From assembly GCA_964016885.1 (NCBI GenBank), contig OZ024747.1:92070001-92134000 (forward strand): 64,000 bases of DNA, given 5' to 3'. Both the position numbers and the translations under genes were made by a program. Positions within the stretch are counted from its first letter, which is position 1, and each line of letters starts with the position of its first letter. The DNA comes from Eledone cirrhosa (lineage: Eukaryota). A model generated the notes under the pieces. The model saw only the letters and a program-made list of their open reading frames with translations. It did no database searches and was not told the DNA's origin. Positions 25,495 through 41,700 of this stretch are shown here, one piece after another.

Positions 25495-27006
25495 AGTCTG
25501 GAACTAGCTGTAGAAACGGCAAGAGCTCAGCTGTTGGGTCCTGACTCTTTCTAATATATATATATGCACGACTGCGTATTTTTAGTTTGCCTCTCCCATA
25601 TATATATGTGTGTGTGTGTGTATGTATGTGTGTGTGTATGTAGGTTGTGTCAGGCCGCTCTCGAGTGCTACTGGTAACATGTAACCCAGTACAACCTGTC
25701 ACATAGTCGACGACTAAACCTGCAACCCCACCAAGCTTGCTTGGTGAGGAGGGTGATATTTGGACACCCTGCGGGATGAAATACAAGACCCGGCAAAGGG
25801 CGGAGGAACTCAACAGAATCAATGGCCATCCAAATAGTACTGTTTTTTCACCTGGGAGTGAAAGGCCTCCAGTTGTTGTCACAACACCTTTCTAGGAGAG
25901 GGAAACTCTGAAAAAATCCTGCAGCTTCGGAAACATCCGATGATGTTGACCAGTTCTCCTTTTCAGGTAGTGTTTTCGATGCTCAGAGAGTGGGATTGGT
26001 CAAGTGCAAGGCCTTTCCCCACTTAAAAAACCTACAAAGCACTGGCATTGCTTGTTCAAGATCTGTTACAGGTTTGTGTGGCTGGCTGTAGCCTAAAAGT
26101 GCACCAAACTCTATAATCTGACAAGCGATTGCAATACTCTTAGCAGAGTTTACAGCCATCATGTATGTATGTTTGTTTCTTTCTTTGTATGTATGTACGC
26201 GATGTATTTATGATTTGAGTCATGTAGTGTGTTGATATTTACTTAATTTCAATTTGTAAGCATTAGAAAACAAAGCAAGTTTAGAATGTAAAACTACATG
26301 ATATTTTTATGTAGCTTGGTCATAGCTTCATCTGTGGATAGAGAGAATAATTTTGCATGTATGTATATTTAAAAGACCTATATATAAACATGTATTTATA
26401 TATACCTATGCATTTTACTCATTTTCTTACATTTAGTTGTTCAGTAGCATTAATTATTCAAAGATTCGTTTTAGCAAGCAATCTAATTCCGATACAATAT
26501 ATATTAGAAGAATCTAGAAGAACATGGCGTTCACGAAAATTCAGACGATATATAAGAAAATATATAATAATACTTACAACATAACACTGGTGATATATAT
26601 TTATATCATTATATGTGCATCTAAGTGTACAGTTATTCCCATACACTAATAGGCGTTATCCCCTTAAATGTCAATGTATATACATACACAAACAGACACA
26701 CACACCTATATGTATGTATGTCTGTATGTATATATATATATATGTATATATATATATGTGTGTGGGTGTGTGTGTATGTATGTATATATGTCTTTGTGTA
26801 TGTATGTATATATATGCATGTATGTATGTATATATATGTATGTATAAATATATATATATGCATGTAAATATATATACATATATATGTATGTATATATGTA
26901 TGTATATATGTATGTGTATAAATACATATATATATATATATTTATTTATTTATCTATTTATTTATTTATTTATTTATACATACATATATACATGTATGTA
27001 TGTATG

Positions 27007-27061
<55 letters not shown>

Positions 27062-28224
27062 GTATCATGGGAATGTTTATTTTGTTTTGTTTTGTTTTCA
27101 AAATTTAATGAATTAATTTGTTTTCGCTACCAGATTTTAGAAATAACAACCAATTTTCATCTGCGAAAACTGTGTCAACATTAACTTTTTCCTATGCTCT
27201 CATCGTGGCCATTATCATTAACGTAGTCAACAACAGCAGAATAATAATAAGAAGAAAATGAAGATAAGATGAAGGAGAAGAAGAATATAAAAAGAAGAAT
27301 ATAAAAAGAAGAAGAATATAAAAAGGAGAAGAATATAAAAAGAAGAAGAAGAATATAAAAAGGAGAAAATGAAGAAAAAGAGTATAAGAAGAAGAACATA
27401 GAGGCTCAACGGTTGGAAGAATCAACGTTAAAATAAAACTGTTGGGGAAGACAGTATAGATGAAATAAATCTTCTCTTTTACAGCAGTATTTGAAAATTA
27501 AATGAGGAAAGAAAGAAAAGAAAATGTTATATGATAATTGTTAATTAGTCGAACATCTCTGGGCTTCATTTATCCACCCTTAAAATATGTTCATATTTTG
27601 TTCTTGTTGTTATTCTAGTATTTAACTATTCAAGGCAGGTGAATATAAATTATGTTCACGTGTTTCCCCACCAAGTACACATAGCATACACACAAAAGGA
27701 TTCGTATTAGAGACCCGCTAATCAATCACTCTTGATTTTTTTTTTGTTTTTAATTTACTTGAAAATAAATTAAGAAATATAAAAAATATAATTATTTCAT
27801 TTTTTCCTTAGTTTTCTTTCTGTCAATTTTTCATCATTGTAATATTATTTCGTTTGTAAGATGAAATAAAAAATATTTGCTGATTTAACGGAAAAATAAT
27901 GTCTCTTGCCCGAAACCAATGAAATAATGCTGTAGAGTGATTATTTTTTTTTTAATAAACCTAAAATGTTGTCTTCAAGAATATATAATACTTTTTCGAC
28001 GGTATATTGGATTCATTAATTTACTTTCAGTTTTAAGTATATATACATACATATGTGTGTATGTGTGTTTATGTCTATATATATATATATATATAATATA
28101 CTGTGTGTGTGTGTGTCGGGTTTAATCGGGGTTAACCACCAGTACGTAAGGTACTCAATACATAGCAGAGTATAAATATTTAATATATTTAATGTAGAAG
28201 CCATTTCTACGTATATATATATAT

Positions 28225-28415
28225 ATCATCATCATCACTCGTCGACTACTGTCGAGATGATGGATCTCACGCTTATGCCCCAGAATCCCCTGTCCCCCAT
28301 CGCTGCCCCCAGGTCCTGTCTGCTGATTCCCGTATCCCTAGAGATAACGTCAGGGAATGACAGCTTCCTACTCCTAGTCAGGCTGGAGTCAGGGCCCCAG
28401 AGCAAGAGAGCGGAT
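28225..28415 (-). mobile_element. RTE-like LINE extreme 3' end with (GAT)n tail
   Basis: Reverse translation RSRKLSFPDVISRDTGISRQDLGAAMGDRGFW...STVVDE*, followed by ATG repeats. Confidence 0.7.
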
Positions 28416-28515
28416 ATGATTTCATTATATATATATATGAATTATATAAATATATAAATATATATAAATTATATAAATTATATATTTCAATATTTCAACA
28501 TACATTTGGGTTGTG

Positions 28516-28679
<164 letters not shown>

Positions 28680-30179
28680 CGTAGTAATTTGTACTCAATC
28701 TTTGGTAAAGATAATTCAGGAAGAGGATAGCAGAACAAATGGATAATATCAAACGATGGCAGTTACCGCCTTCTAATGCTACCCTTTGTATTTTAATACA
28801 TGCCATATAATGTGTATTTCTTCAAGATAAGTCGAGTAGCTGGAGCTTAAATCACCAAACAAACTTCATAAAGAACAACCCCATTTTGTATACGTTTTTC
28901 TCTATATAAATGGTTTAAAACAGAAACTTTTGTTTTTTATTGCCAACATCTTAATCAATGTTTAGCTAATTATCTGGTCAATTATTTCTATTAGCTTTTG
29001 GTGTATAACTACATGAGTTCTTTTACACTGTAAAATTAGAATATTCCCCGTGAGAGTAAAGCAGACTATAGCCTATACGATCCGAACGAATCATTATAGA
29101 GCAAAATGTATATACTACTGATGGTATCTTGGGAAATTAATAACAATTTAATGAACTAACAGGTCGAAGAGACAGAATACGCTGTGATCGAGAAGAGAAT
29201 ATAGAAGAATTGGATAACCACAAATGGATAAAACGATGGACATGAACAATAGGTGAAGGAGGAGGTACATCGTTAGACTTGAGTATGAAACTGCGGGAGG
29301 GATAGATAGACGAAGAGGGATAAGTCGAAACGAGTCGAATCTCCATAACAGAATCGATTCCCGACCGAACAATTTGAAAACTCCTATATCCGATATTCAA
29401 CAATAGATAATTGTCTGTCAATTTACGTATTGGGCTGAACTGAATTTCCATAAATATGAACACAAAGAGGAACACTTGCTGTGGCTGTTCACCATATTAA
29501 AAATATCAAAAATCTTCTTTGGATAATCTTTACAATATATGAGAGAAGAAATCACATCGCATAATACACTCATAAGTATATCGTATTTCTGAAGGTGGGA
29601 TGGTCACGGCTGAAAGACTCTTTGTCATAAGTGTTTCTCATATCAAAGATGAGATAGGGCTCAACAATCCAATCACGAGATGGCTTTTGGGCTAGGAAGC
29701 TTGTAGAGTGTATTATACTACTGTGCTGTTATCATTCCAATCAAGTTGTAAACATCTTTTATCCATTCTGAGTATGTATATATATATATATATGTATGTA
29801 TGTAAAAGGTAAACAGAAATAACAACACAATCGGTGCAGTATATGGAAGGGATATATTAGGTTAACGCTTGAAGTAGCAGACAGAGGGTCTTAACGCGTC
29901 GGACGCTAGTCCTTCATCAGAAGAAAGATATAATTCCGTCTTAATACATTCATTATTAATTTTAGTTATCGATGAATAAACACTTGTGAAAGCAGGATTG
30001 AGGACTCATATCACGTAGATACGTGTACGGCGGAATAGTAATAATAGGTGTGGTTTCTTCGTCGCTCAGTTAGCACTCAGATATACTCAGAGATATTTTT
30101 TCTTGTTCGCATCACTTAGGGTGTGGCTATTCTTTGGTCTATAGTTGGAAGTCGTTCCTATTGCGCCTATCCTGATTGG

Positions 30180-30935
30180 AAACTACTTAGAGGAATATGA
30201 TACGTTGACGGAAGTAAAAAAATCATCATGGAGAAATCGGTAGGTTTGCAGCTCAGCACCTGGAGAGGCAAATCCATGTCATTCAACAACGTCGTGCGAC
30301 GCTGGACGGATGGACCGGTCAAGTTGTTCAGGGTCTGGTTCGGTGCAGACCTCCAGGAAGATAGGTAGCAAGACGAAGTAACAAACGAGGTGATCACTCT
30401 TACACAGAAAAGGGCTGAGGGGAAGTTATGCCTAATACCTTAGGTGGAGGTGGCAAACAAGTACTTCGCTTCTGTCTTCTATTTCCTTCTGGCCGTTGTG
30501 CCTTCCTGAAATCCATGTCTCATAAGATTGGTGCTCTGTTCCTTATCGTCTTGTGGAAGGGCTGGTGCCTTTCCGTTGAGAGCTGGGCATGCTGTGCCTG
30601 ATGATGCACAAACATGCACTGAGGTTACGGCATTTGCAAATTATCCTGAACCGTAAATATGTGAGTCACGTCGTTTCGCAGCTTGTATCTTTGACAGATC
30701 TGCAGACCGTGACTGGGCGGCTAGTATCTGGAATACTGTCAGGCGCTCATAGCCCTCTATCAAGCAGGCAATGTGGTCAATGGAATTTCCAAAATCTAGC
30801 ATTCCAATCCAACATTCTATAGAGGACTAGTGGTGGGCAAGAGCGATGTCTTTCTCGGCGAGACTTAGGCATTGACAAGAACAAACTAGCCAGAGAACCT
30901 TCAGTCAGTGGCCTATGGATAATTTCCAGAAATCT
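30180..30935 (+). mobile_element. Heavily decayed Tx1/L1-like LINE fragment (distal reverse-transcriptase region)
   Basis: EKSVGLQLSTWRGKSM...GPVKLFRVWFGADLQ...VEVANKYFASV with many stops; recognised by eye. Confidence 0.55.
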
Positions 30936-31828
30936 ACCGTCACTAAAGAGTCACTGCCTATATTTGGAAAATAATTGTTTTGCTGGTAAACGAGTTATTA
31001 TAGAAATTAGAAACTTATTTCCAGCCTCGATATGACTCTCCACAATTTTTATTTTATTTATTCATTATTTATTTATTTATTTATTATTTATTTATTTATT
31101 ATTTATTATTTATTTATTATTTATTATTTATTATTTATTTATTTATATATTATTTATTAATTTATTTGTTATTTAGTATTTAGTATTTTTTTTTTATATT
31201 ATTTATTTATTATTTATTTATTTATTATTATTATTTATTTATTATTCATTTATTTATTTATTTATTATTTATTTATTATTTATTATTTATTTATTTATTT
31301 ATTATTTATTATTTATTTATTCATGTGGATATATGTATTAGTATCTCTTCATGTATTCTAACAGACATATAAGTACACATGTTCTCACCAAAACATTAAC
31401 CAAACGTTTCGACTTTTAACTTAATAAAATGTATTGAAGACAGTAGATTTCCTTCCCTCTATTCTACATCTGATCATTTCTGTCTGTGGTAGATTGTAAA
31501 ACCGGTAATCCATTCATTGACACATACATACATAGGTACACACGCACAGACACACATACTCATACACACACACACATACTTACATACATACATATATACA
31601 TACATACATGCATATATAATCACACTCATATATACATACATACACACTTAAACATACATACATAAATATATACATACATACATACATATATACATGCATA
31701 CATGCATAAATACACACAAACATACATTCATACATACACACATACATAGATACTTGCTACTATACATACATATACACACACACACAAACATACATGCATA
31801 GGTGCATGCATTCATACTTATACACATG

Positions 31829-32520
31829 CATACATGTACACATACATATATAGAGACACACTTACACTTTTCCTCTCATGCTCACGCACACAAACATACG
31901 TGCATACGTACATGCATGCATACATATTCAGATGCATACATATACAGATGCATACATGTACACATACATATATAGAGACACACTTACACTTTTCCTCTCA
32001 CGCTCACGCACACAAACATACGTGCATACGTACATGCATGCATACATATTCAGATGCATACATATACAGATGCATACATGTACACATACATATATAGAGG
32101 CACATTTACACTTTTTCTCTCACACACAAGAACCTACATGCATACATATACAGATGCGTACATGTACACATACATGTACACATACATATATAGAGGCACA
32201 TTTACACTTTTTCTCTCACACACAAACATACATGCATACGTACATGCATACATATATACATGCATACATGTACACATACATATATAGAGACACATTTACA
32301 CTTTTCTTTCACGCTCACACACACAAACATACATGCATACATATACAGCTGCATACATGTACACATACAAACATGACCACACATATATAGAGGCACATGT
32401 ACACTTTTTCTCTCACACACACAAACATACATGCATACGTACATGCATACATATACATATGCATACATGTACACATACATATATAGACGCACATTTACAC
32501 TATTTCTCTCACGCTTACAC
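31829..32520. repeat. Minisatellite with a 122-bp unit built from CA/TA microsatellite material
   Basis: CATACATGTACACATACATATATAGAG at 31829, 31951 and 32073, then shorter diverged units. Confidence 0.9.
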
Positions 32521-33110
32521 ACACTTATATGTGTGTTTGTGATTCCTTTATTTCTTTGCTTCACTTTAGCTACCGCCCATTCAATATACTTTCTTGAGAT
32601 ACCCTTGCATCTCTTTTCCTTTATCAGACTATTTATGCAGATAAAATTTCATTTTAACATTCTATCTTTTCCAAAAATCTTATAATATTAAGATCTGCAG
32701 TCAAATGTATTTTTATGAAGTTATAAAAATGTTATTTTCCATTTATATTTAACTGAACTAGGAGCGAAAATTTGATAAAACAGATGAGGTTTACTGAAAG
32801 TTGATATTTCTTCAGATATAAAAATGTTTATGTCTATTAAGTAGTGGCTCTCTTTGAATAATCTAATGATCAGAAATAACTTTAAATTAATTATTTTTGT
32901 CTCTGCAAATAGGCAAATAGTTTAGATATCGTTAACTGAGGAGAAATCTTTCTTTTTTTTTTGCTGTTTTCCATTTTTAAAGAGGGAAATAAATGCCAGA
33001 AATATATTTCATTAATGATTTATAATTTAGGCACAAGGTCAGCAATTTGTGCAGTAGTGGTGGTGGGGGGAGGACGTCGATTGTACGACGCTAATTACTT
33101 GACTGGTATT

Positions 33111-33290
33111 TCACAAGCATTGAGAGCATACTGATACTGAGGCAGCTCCACTGGGCAGGTCATGTCTCACGCATGAATGACTCTAGGATGCCAAAGACCG
33201 TTTCCTACTGTGAATTACGTCAAGGCAACCGAAACTAATGGTCCCCCACCCTGAAAACGCTTCAAGGACCAACTCAAGCACCCTCTCCTA
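33111..33290 (+). mobile_element. RTE (BovB-like) LINE C-terminal fragment
   Basis: SIESILILRQLHWAGHVSRMNDSRMPKTVSYCELRQGNR. Confidence 0.85.
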
Positions 33291-33333
33291 CCACCAGAAA
33301 ATGTATAAATACCACCATATTACATTGACAGTC

Positions 33334-33384
33334 GGTTTCCTGATGATTTCTCTCGAATGAAACAGTTCTAATCCTGTGGAAGCC
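33334..33384 (+). ncRNA. Type I hammerhead (family H1), probably inactive (GUG triplet); element tail extends to about 33462
   Basis: GGTTTC-CTGATGA-TTTCTCTCGAAT-GAAACAG-TTCTAATC-CTGTG-GAAGCC; stem I differs from the 14681 copy but still pairs. Confidence 0.82.
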
Positions 33385-34023
33385 ATTTCTATATTAAATA
33401 TTTATACTCTTCTATGTATTGAGTACCCTACCTACTGTGGTTACCCCCGATTGAACCCGGGATAAACTTATATACATATACAAATATAAATTAGCGAGAA
33501 TCGTATTTCGGCTATTGAAAATTAGCGAAAAATAACTTCCGAGATGTGTAGAAGCTAGTGAACTAGAGCAACAACATAAGTTAAAAGGCCAAACATACTG
33601 AGACGATGGTTAAACCATTATCCGCATAGCCATAGAAACAACCAAGTAATTCGGGTCAAACAAATAAAATATGGTAAAAATTATACCCGGACCCCTGGAA
33701 GGTTGGTAATATCCAGTATAGGATTTCTGCAACTTCTAAATCAAGTACTATCTGGTTAGACAAATAATGTTAAGCTTTTGGTATGATGATCGAACAAGGA
33801 AGTCACTTTTTCAACAGGCTTTTAGCTCAGTGCCAAGCCATATATAGTTATACATATTGTTATAATATTGCCAGAAATAATAACAGAACACACTCACTGT
33901 TTGGTTTGGGTTGGTTTTCGCTTCTGTATATTTTATATCTCCATAGTGTTCAAAACAAATATATAAATATACATATACATATACATATATACATATACAT
34001 ATATATATATATGTATATATATA

Positions 34024-34074
<51 letters not shown>

Positions 34075-34217
34075 ACGCATATATATATATATATATATAT
34101 ATTAATAAGAGGAATTCCAACTTTGTATGATTTACTCGTTTTATTTACAATCCTTTAAAATTTATAATGGTATTATAATAAAATAGTATGATAGAATATT
34201 AAATGTTAAGTGTTAAT

Positions 34218-34256
34218 TGAACAAGTACTTTCATGCTTTCGCAATCTTCAGGTTCA
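34218..34256 (-). ncRNA. Minimal type I hammerhead (family H6) inside an element at about 34100-34345; identical motif at 54028-54066 on the plus strand
   Basis: TGAAC-CTGAAGA-T-TGC-GAAA-GCA-T-GAAA-GTAC-TT^GTTCA; GNRA-capped stem II and palindromic AGTACT. Confidence 0.88.
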
Positions 34257-34343
34257 TAATGTGTGGTGACAGTCAAGTTTGCAATTTCTTCTATACACAA
34301 TCTTCTATACACAATCATACACACCCGTGTATATTTATCTATA

Positions 34344-34394
<51 letters not shown>

Positions 34395-34762
34395 CTTGTC
34401 AATTTGTTTGCTGTCTCGTTGTGTGCGTTTGGATTAAACTCTTTGTTATCAGCTACAAAATTTAACAAATCTTCACTAAGAATTGAAATTACGATCATTC
34501 TCTTTATAATCACGAGCTGTCTGTTTTCACCAAAATTGCTTTAAAACAAGACAAACGTTTCATACAGAGAATTTATTAATTCATTTCCTGTACGCTGTTC
34601 CCCCATAATTATCATACATACATTGAACAAAAATCAAAACAAACTAAAACATACTGTTTTAGATGTATTACACATACATTTACACATACATTTACACACG
34701 CCTAGCAAAATATGCATAATATGTCTATTGACAAATATTCAAGCAGAATCAAACACATCAAT

Positions 34763-34820
<58 letters not shown>

Positions 34821-34828
34821 CATATATT

Positions 34829-34875
<47 letters not shown>

Positions 34876-35811
34876 GTGTGTGTGTGTATAGGTGTGTGTA
34901 TGTATATACACACACACACATACATACATACATACATACATACATACATACATACATACATACATACATACATGTATGCGTACATGTACCCACTCTCTCA
35001 CATATATATGTATATATATATGTATGTATATATATATATAAAGAGAGAGAGGGAGAGATACACCTGTATACATATACACTGTCACACATATATAGTTGGG
35101 TGTTTGTTGTTTGTGTGTGTATGTGTGTGTGATTGTTGATGTACTTGTGACAAAAATTGCGAACCAATTCTTCTAATATGCTGTTTATTACCATCACGAC
35201 GGCAGCGTTGTAACTTTAATTATGAAATGGCTATAAACTTTGAATAAATATTAACGTGAGGAATTTATATATATTGCTTTCATGTTTTTGAAATAACTTT
35301 TGTTTTACCTCTTATGGCAATGTATTTTTATAATTGTTGTTGTTCTTGTTGTTGGTGTCGGTGATGACGATGGTGTTGGTGTTAGGGGTGTTGATGGTGT
35401 TGTTGTAGGAGTTTGTTGTTTATACTAACTATCCTAATATACAGACAACTACGAGTCTTTAATTAGCCGAACAAACTATTATTCTATTTTATATGAAATA
35501 CGGTTTCTGGAACAAAAGAAGCTTTGAAATATTTACAACTGAACATTTGTTGTTTCGCTTATAAATGCAAACTGAATTTTCATCATATGCATATAGAATT
35601 TAACCATTACTGAAAATGAGTTCAACATTTATGAGACATTTTGCTGCATACGTCATAAAACAATGGGTGAAACATTCAAATATCCTCTTCAAAAATGAAT
35701 ATATTATTAGAACGAGTTGGGAAGCAACTTAGGCACCAGTTTGACTAGATGTCTTTGATTTATAGTTTCAGATCATACTACCACACAAGCATATATACAC
35801 TCACAAGAATT

Positions 35812-35869
<58 letters not shown>

Positions 35870-35879
35870 AGTGTGTTTA

Positions 35880-35911
<32 letters not shown>

Positions 35912-35994
35912 TGGGCGCTCCTGCATTTGTTTATTTCTGCGGGAATCTCCGTGTGTGCACGTGTGGGAAGGTATATATATATATACACATGCGA

Positions 35995-36030
<36 letters not shown>

Positions 36031-36091
36031 GCACGTGCACAAACATTTATGCAATGAATATATATACAAGCACACACAGAAACATATATAG

Positions 36092-36129
<38 letters not shown>

Positions 36130-36184
36130 GTATATATATATTATATATATATATATGGATAATTTTACATATAAATGTATATAT

Positions 36185-36299
<115 letters not shown>

Positions 36300-36523
36300 T
36301 ATATATAGAATTATATATGTATATAAATATATACATACATACATATATACATATATACATACGTATATATATGCATATAATATATATACACATACATAAT
36401 ACATACATACATATAAATACATATATACATACATACATACATACATACATACATACATACATACATACATACATACACACATATATATACATACATATAT
36501 ATATAGAGAGAGAGATACATACA

Positions 36524-36561
<38 letters not shown>

Positions 36562-36589
36562 AATATATATATACACACACTGACACACG

Positions 36590-36686
<97 letters not shown>

Positions 36687-36965
36687 GTGCGTATTTTGTT
36701 GCAAATATATCTACGTCACGGTTGATCAGTTTTCTTCAACGACACATGCAAGATTTACTGCTCTTAGTTGTGTAAAACAATTAGAGTGTTAGTTAGCTGT
36801 TTATTTAATGGAATTTTGAACTAGTTTGTTATATTTCACATTCACACTTTCGCCTTCACACACACACACATATAAACACACACACACGTCCCTTTCTCTT
36901 TCTCTTTTATTCTTTATTGTCCTCTGATAAACAATGTTTATGAACGTCTGCTTTCGTACGAAGAC

Positions 36966-38310
<1,345 letters not shown>

Positions 38311-38781
38311 CTAGCAAATGGACGGTGTTAGTTCTTTGTAGGACTGCAGTCTTAATGGTGAAATTCCGTTTTGTCGATGTTTAACAGGGAGGATAAGTTT
38401 ACGTGATCACATCTTTCAATCAAAAATTAGACGGTATTCAAAAAGAGCATGTTTTATTTACAGATATTTGTCATTAAAATGTGAAAATATAGAAAAATGT
38501 GAAAATAGAGATAAATGGAAATATCGTTTGACTGAATGGCTGAAGAATCGGTACAAAAAGCATAGACGACAGTTCGGTTGACATGAAGGCAATCTGTAAG
38601 AAACTACATGCTTAATTGAATTATGAAATAACCTGGGGCATGTGGAAGGCTGTCCATTGAAATGAAAAAAATGGTTGATTTCATCAGTGGGCATTTGTTG
38701 GAAGAGTAACATTACATATTGTGAAAAGTAAGTAATCGCAATAAGGACCAACCTGAAGGGGCTTTCAACTCCACGGAAAAA

Positions 38782-41700
38782 CTATTGGAGGGCTGCCTTG
38801 TAAACCACATTTTTTGTCAATCTTCCGGGAGCGTAGTAAAAGAGATTGGCCCAGTTTCCAATTCTTGAACATCCCACATAGTTGTCCGTGTGAAAAGCAT
38901 GGAGTACTGAGGTCCAGCCCAACCACTTTTAGTGACTGTCCCTGGGCTTTTTTAATGGTCATTGCAAAACTTAATCGAATGGGGAATTCGACTCTTTTCA
39001 TCGGAAAGACACAGTCAGTTGGAATAAGTGGAACTCGGGAAATAAAAACAGAGTCGCCAGCGCCTTTTCCCGTAATGATTGTAGCCACGAGAACGTCATC
39101 CAACATTTGCGTTATAACCAAGCGTGTGCCATTGCAAAACCGAGGAGGTTCCAAGTTTCTCAAGAGTATGATGGGACTTCCAAGTCTTAGGCAGAGTTTA
39201 TGCGGTGGCATTCCCGATGGCTCTTGTGAGTTTAAAACCTCTGTTGGATAAAACGTTACTTGCGTCGGATCCGTAATCGAATCAATCGAAGCATAACATC
39301 GCTCTTGGGAAGGAGGTTGATGAAGCAGACATGTGTTAAGAGCTTGGACGATGGCATTTGTAGGAGCTAAGATGGTCCTTTCACACATCCATTGATGACT
39401 GAACTAATTTGTTGAGAGGTCGGAGTAAACTCTTGTGCAAATGTCCTCAGGGCTGGAGACGTAGTTACCGATGGTACTTATGTCAACCAAACCGTTTACG
39501 TCGATTGGTAAGTTCCCATTACCAACATCCAATAACTTTGAAGCAATGTAATTGTCACCCTCTTGTTGGTGGAGAATCGATCGCATGTTGATGGTTAACT
39601 TTGTCGACTGGACGAAGTGCCAAAGATGAGAATGTTTAATGCAAGCATCTATTTCTTCAACTGGTTGGCCTTTTGGGACAATGGGAAGAGTTTGACGAAA
39701 ATCCCCAGCAAGAAGCAGAACGACGCCACCGAACGGTTTAGAGTTGGAGCGCAGGTCTTGTAGCGTTGTATTGATTGCATCATCAAGTGCATTCTTGTGG
39801 GACATTGTTGCCTCGTCCCAGACAATCAATTTGCATTTTTGAAAGACAGCAGCCCCGCCAGAATTCTTCTTTATATTGATGGTCGGATTTTCAACGTGAC
39901 TGATGTTAAGGGGAAGCTTAAATGTTTGAATGGACTGTTCTGCCGCCGTCTAGCAGTGTTGTTGCTATTCCTAAAGACGCCATTGCAATGGCAATCTGTC
40001 CATGTTGGTGAACTTTGGCAAGAAGGAGGTTGGGGAGAAATGTCTTTTCTGTGCCACCTGGCGCATCAAGGAAGTGGATGCCACCGTTGGTGTCTTCAAG
40101 CAGGGTCAAAACAAAAGTATAGACATCAGCTTGTTCAAGATTCAAAAGATTTTCTCTTTCTTGAACGTAGGACGGAAGCCTGGCAGCATCGTAGCATGTC
40201 TCCCTTAGTAGGGGGCGGTTAAAAACATCCTCATTTTCTCTTTCAGGAGATTCCATACAGTAGTTCTTCAAGGGACGGCTACCCATTTCCAAAAGTATAT
40301 CTTCTAGAAATATGAGACTTCAGTTGTACATTTCAGGTGTAAACTGTAAATTCATGTGTGTGGACGCGAAGCGAGATTGCATTAGGATGTCCAAGCACAA
40401 GTTGTCGCGATATTTCTCCCAGAAAGACTGTGGATTCCCAAGACTGCAGTACTCCAGCATAACGGCGAAGAGCTTACGAAGCGCAATTGGTGACTGCAAC
40501 ATTGATGCTTCATGGAGGGCGTGGTCATAGTAGTCATCATTGTCGAGAAGACCTAATTTGGAGCAGGCCTCTTTAAATGTTGAACAAATATGACCATTGA
40601 CAGTACGAAGGTCTTCAAAGGAAGTTGGACCTTTGACAACGTGCAATAGAAGACGAAGGTGAAAGCATTCTGAATTGAGCGGGTGAACTGTGTACACTCT
40701 TGAGAGGGCATCAGACTCACGCATCGAAGTATCCCTTTGTGAATTGCGTCCTCGCTTTCTTCTTTGCCAACAGCGGCAAGATTTATTCCACGTGTAGAAT
40801 GTAGACAACTCCGCATAAAGAAGTGTTCTGGCAAGAGAGTCAGAAGTACAAAGTTCAAAGAATCCGGTAAGGGTCGTTCTTCGAGGTTGTCTTGTACAGT
40901 CAAGCATATTTTGTTGGTTAAAATTCACCCGTTGACCATTCTCCAAATGAACACTGAGGTGAATAACTGCAGGTTCACGTTCATGGATCGGAAAACCGAA
41001 TATGCGCCAAAATGCCTCGTTAGAAGAGATGTAGCGTACAGTTTCGAAAAACGTGACTTCATCTGTGGCGGCATCAGGGTTATCGGTCTTAGCCAACTCA
41101 ATAACTGCTCGATCGGCTCGCTTATGAACATACTTGCAGATGTATTGGATTGATTTTTATGGAGTTGCAGAATTCAACATTAATATGGGCTGAAAACATT
41201 TTACAAAGCACCTTGTTATGTGGTACAACCCATCGGTTGTCGATATTGAAATCTTGACCACCAACCATTGTTATAGTTGCCGTGTGTCCACCATCCTGCG
41301 GTGCCCTGCGATGGTATAAAGGGTAGCCATCATCACCAGTTTTGGTTTCATGGATAACTTTACGTGGGTAACGCTTTGTACATTTCCCATTATCCATACA
41401 TGCAGATTTTAGATTTAGGTGGCCACACGGTCCATGGATCATGTTGGCTTTTATAAATTGAAAAAGGACAGAGTCTTCTTGGGGATTTGGCAATTCAGCA
41501 CTTATAACGAAATCAACATCAGTTGACATGAGTTTTTTTTTTAAGCCAAAGGAGAATATGGGCATGTGGGAGTCCTCTCTTCTGCCATTCTACGGTGTAC
41601 ATGAAACACCTTACTGGTCCAAAAAGTTGTCCGTATTTTATAACATCCATCAGTTTCATAAGTTTTAGGTGAAACACTCTAGATGTGATACCATGCCTGT

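Noticed and set aside
26357-26646. Possible host exon in non-repetitive sequence
   Set aside because: No recognisable protein motif or supported splice structure. Small exons cannot be excluded anywhere in the window.
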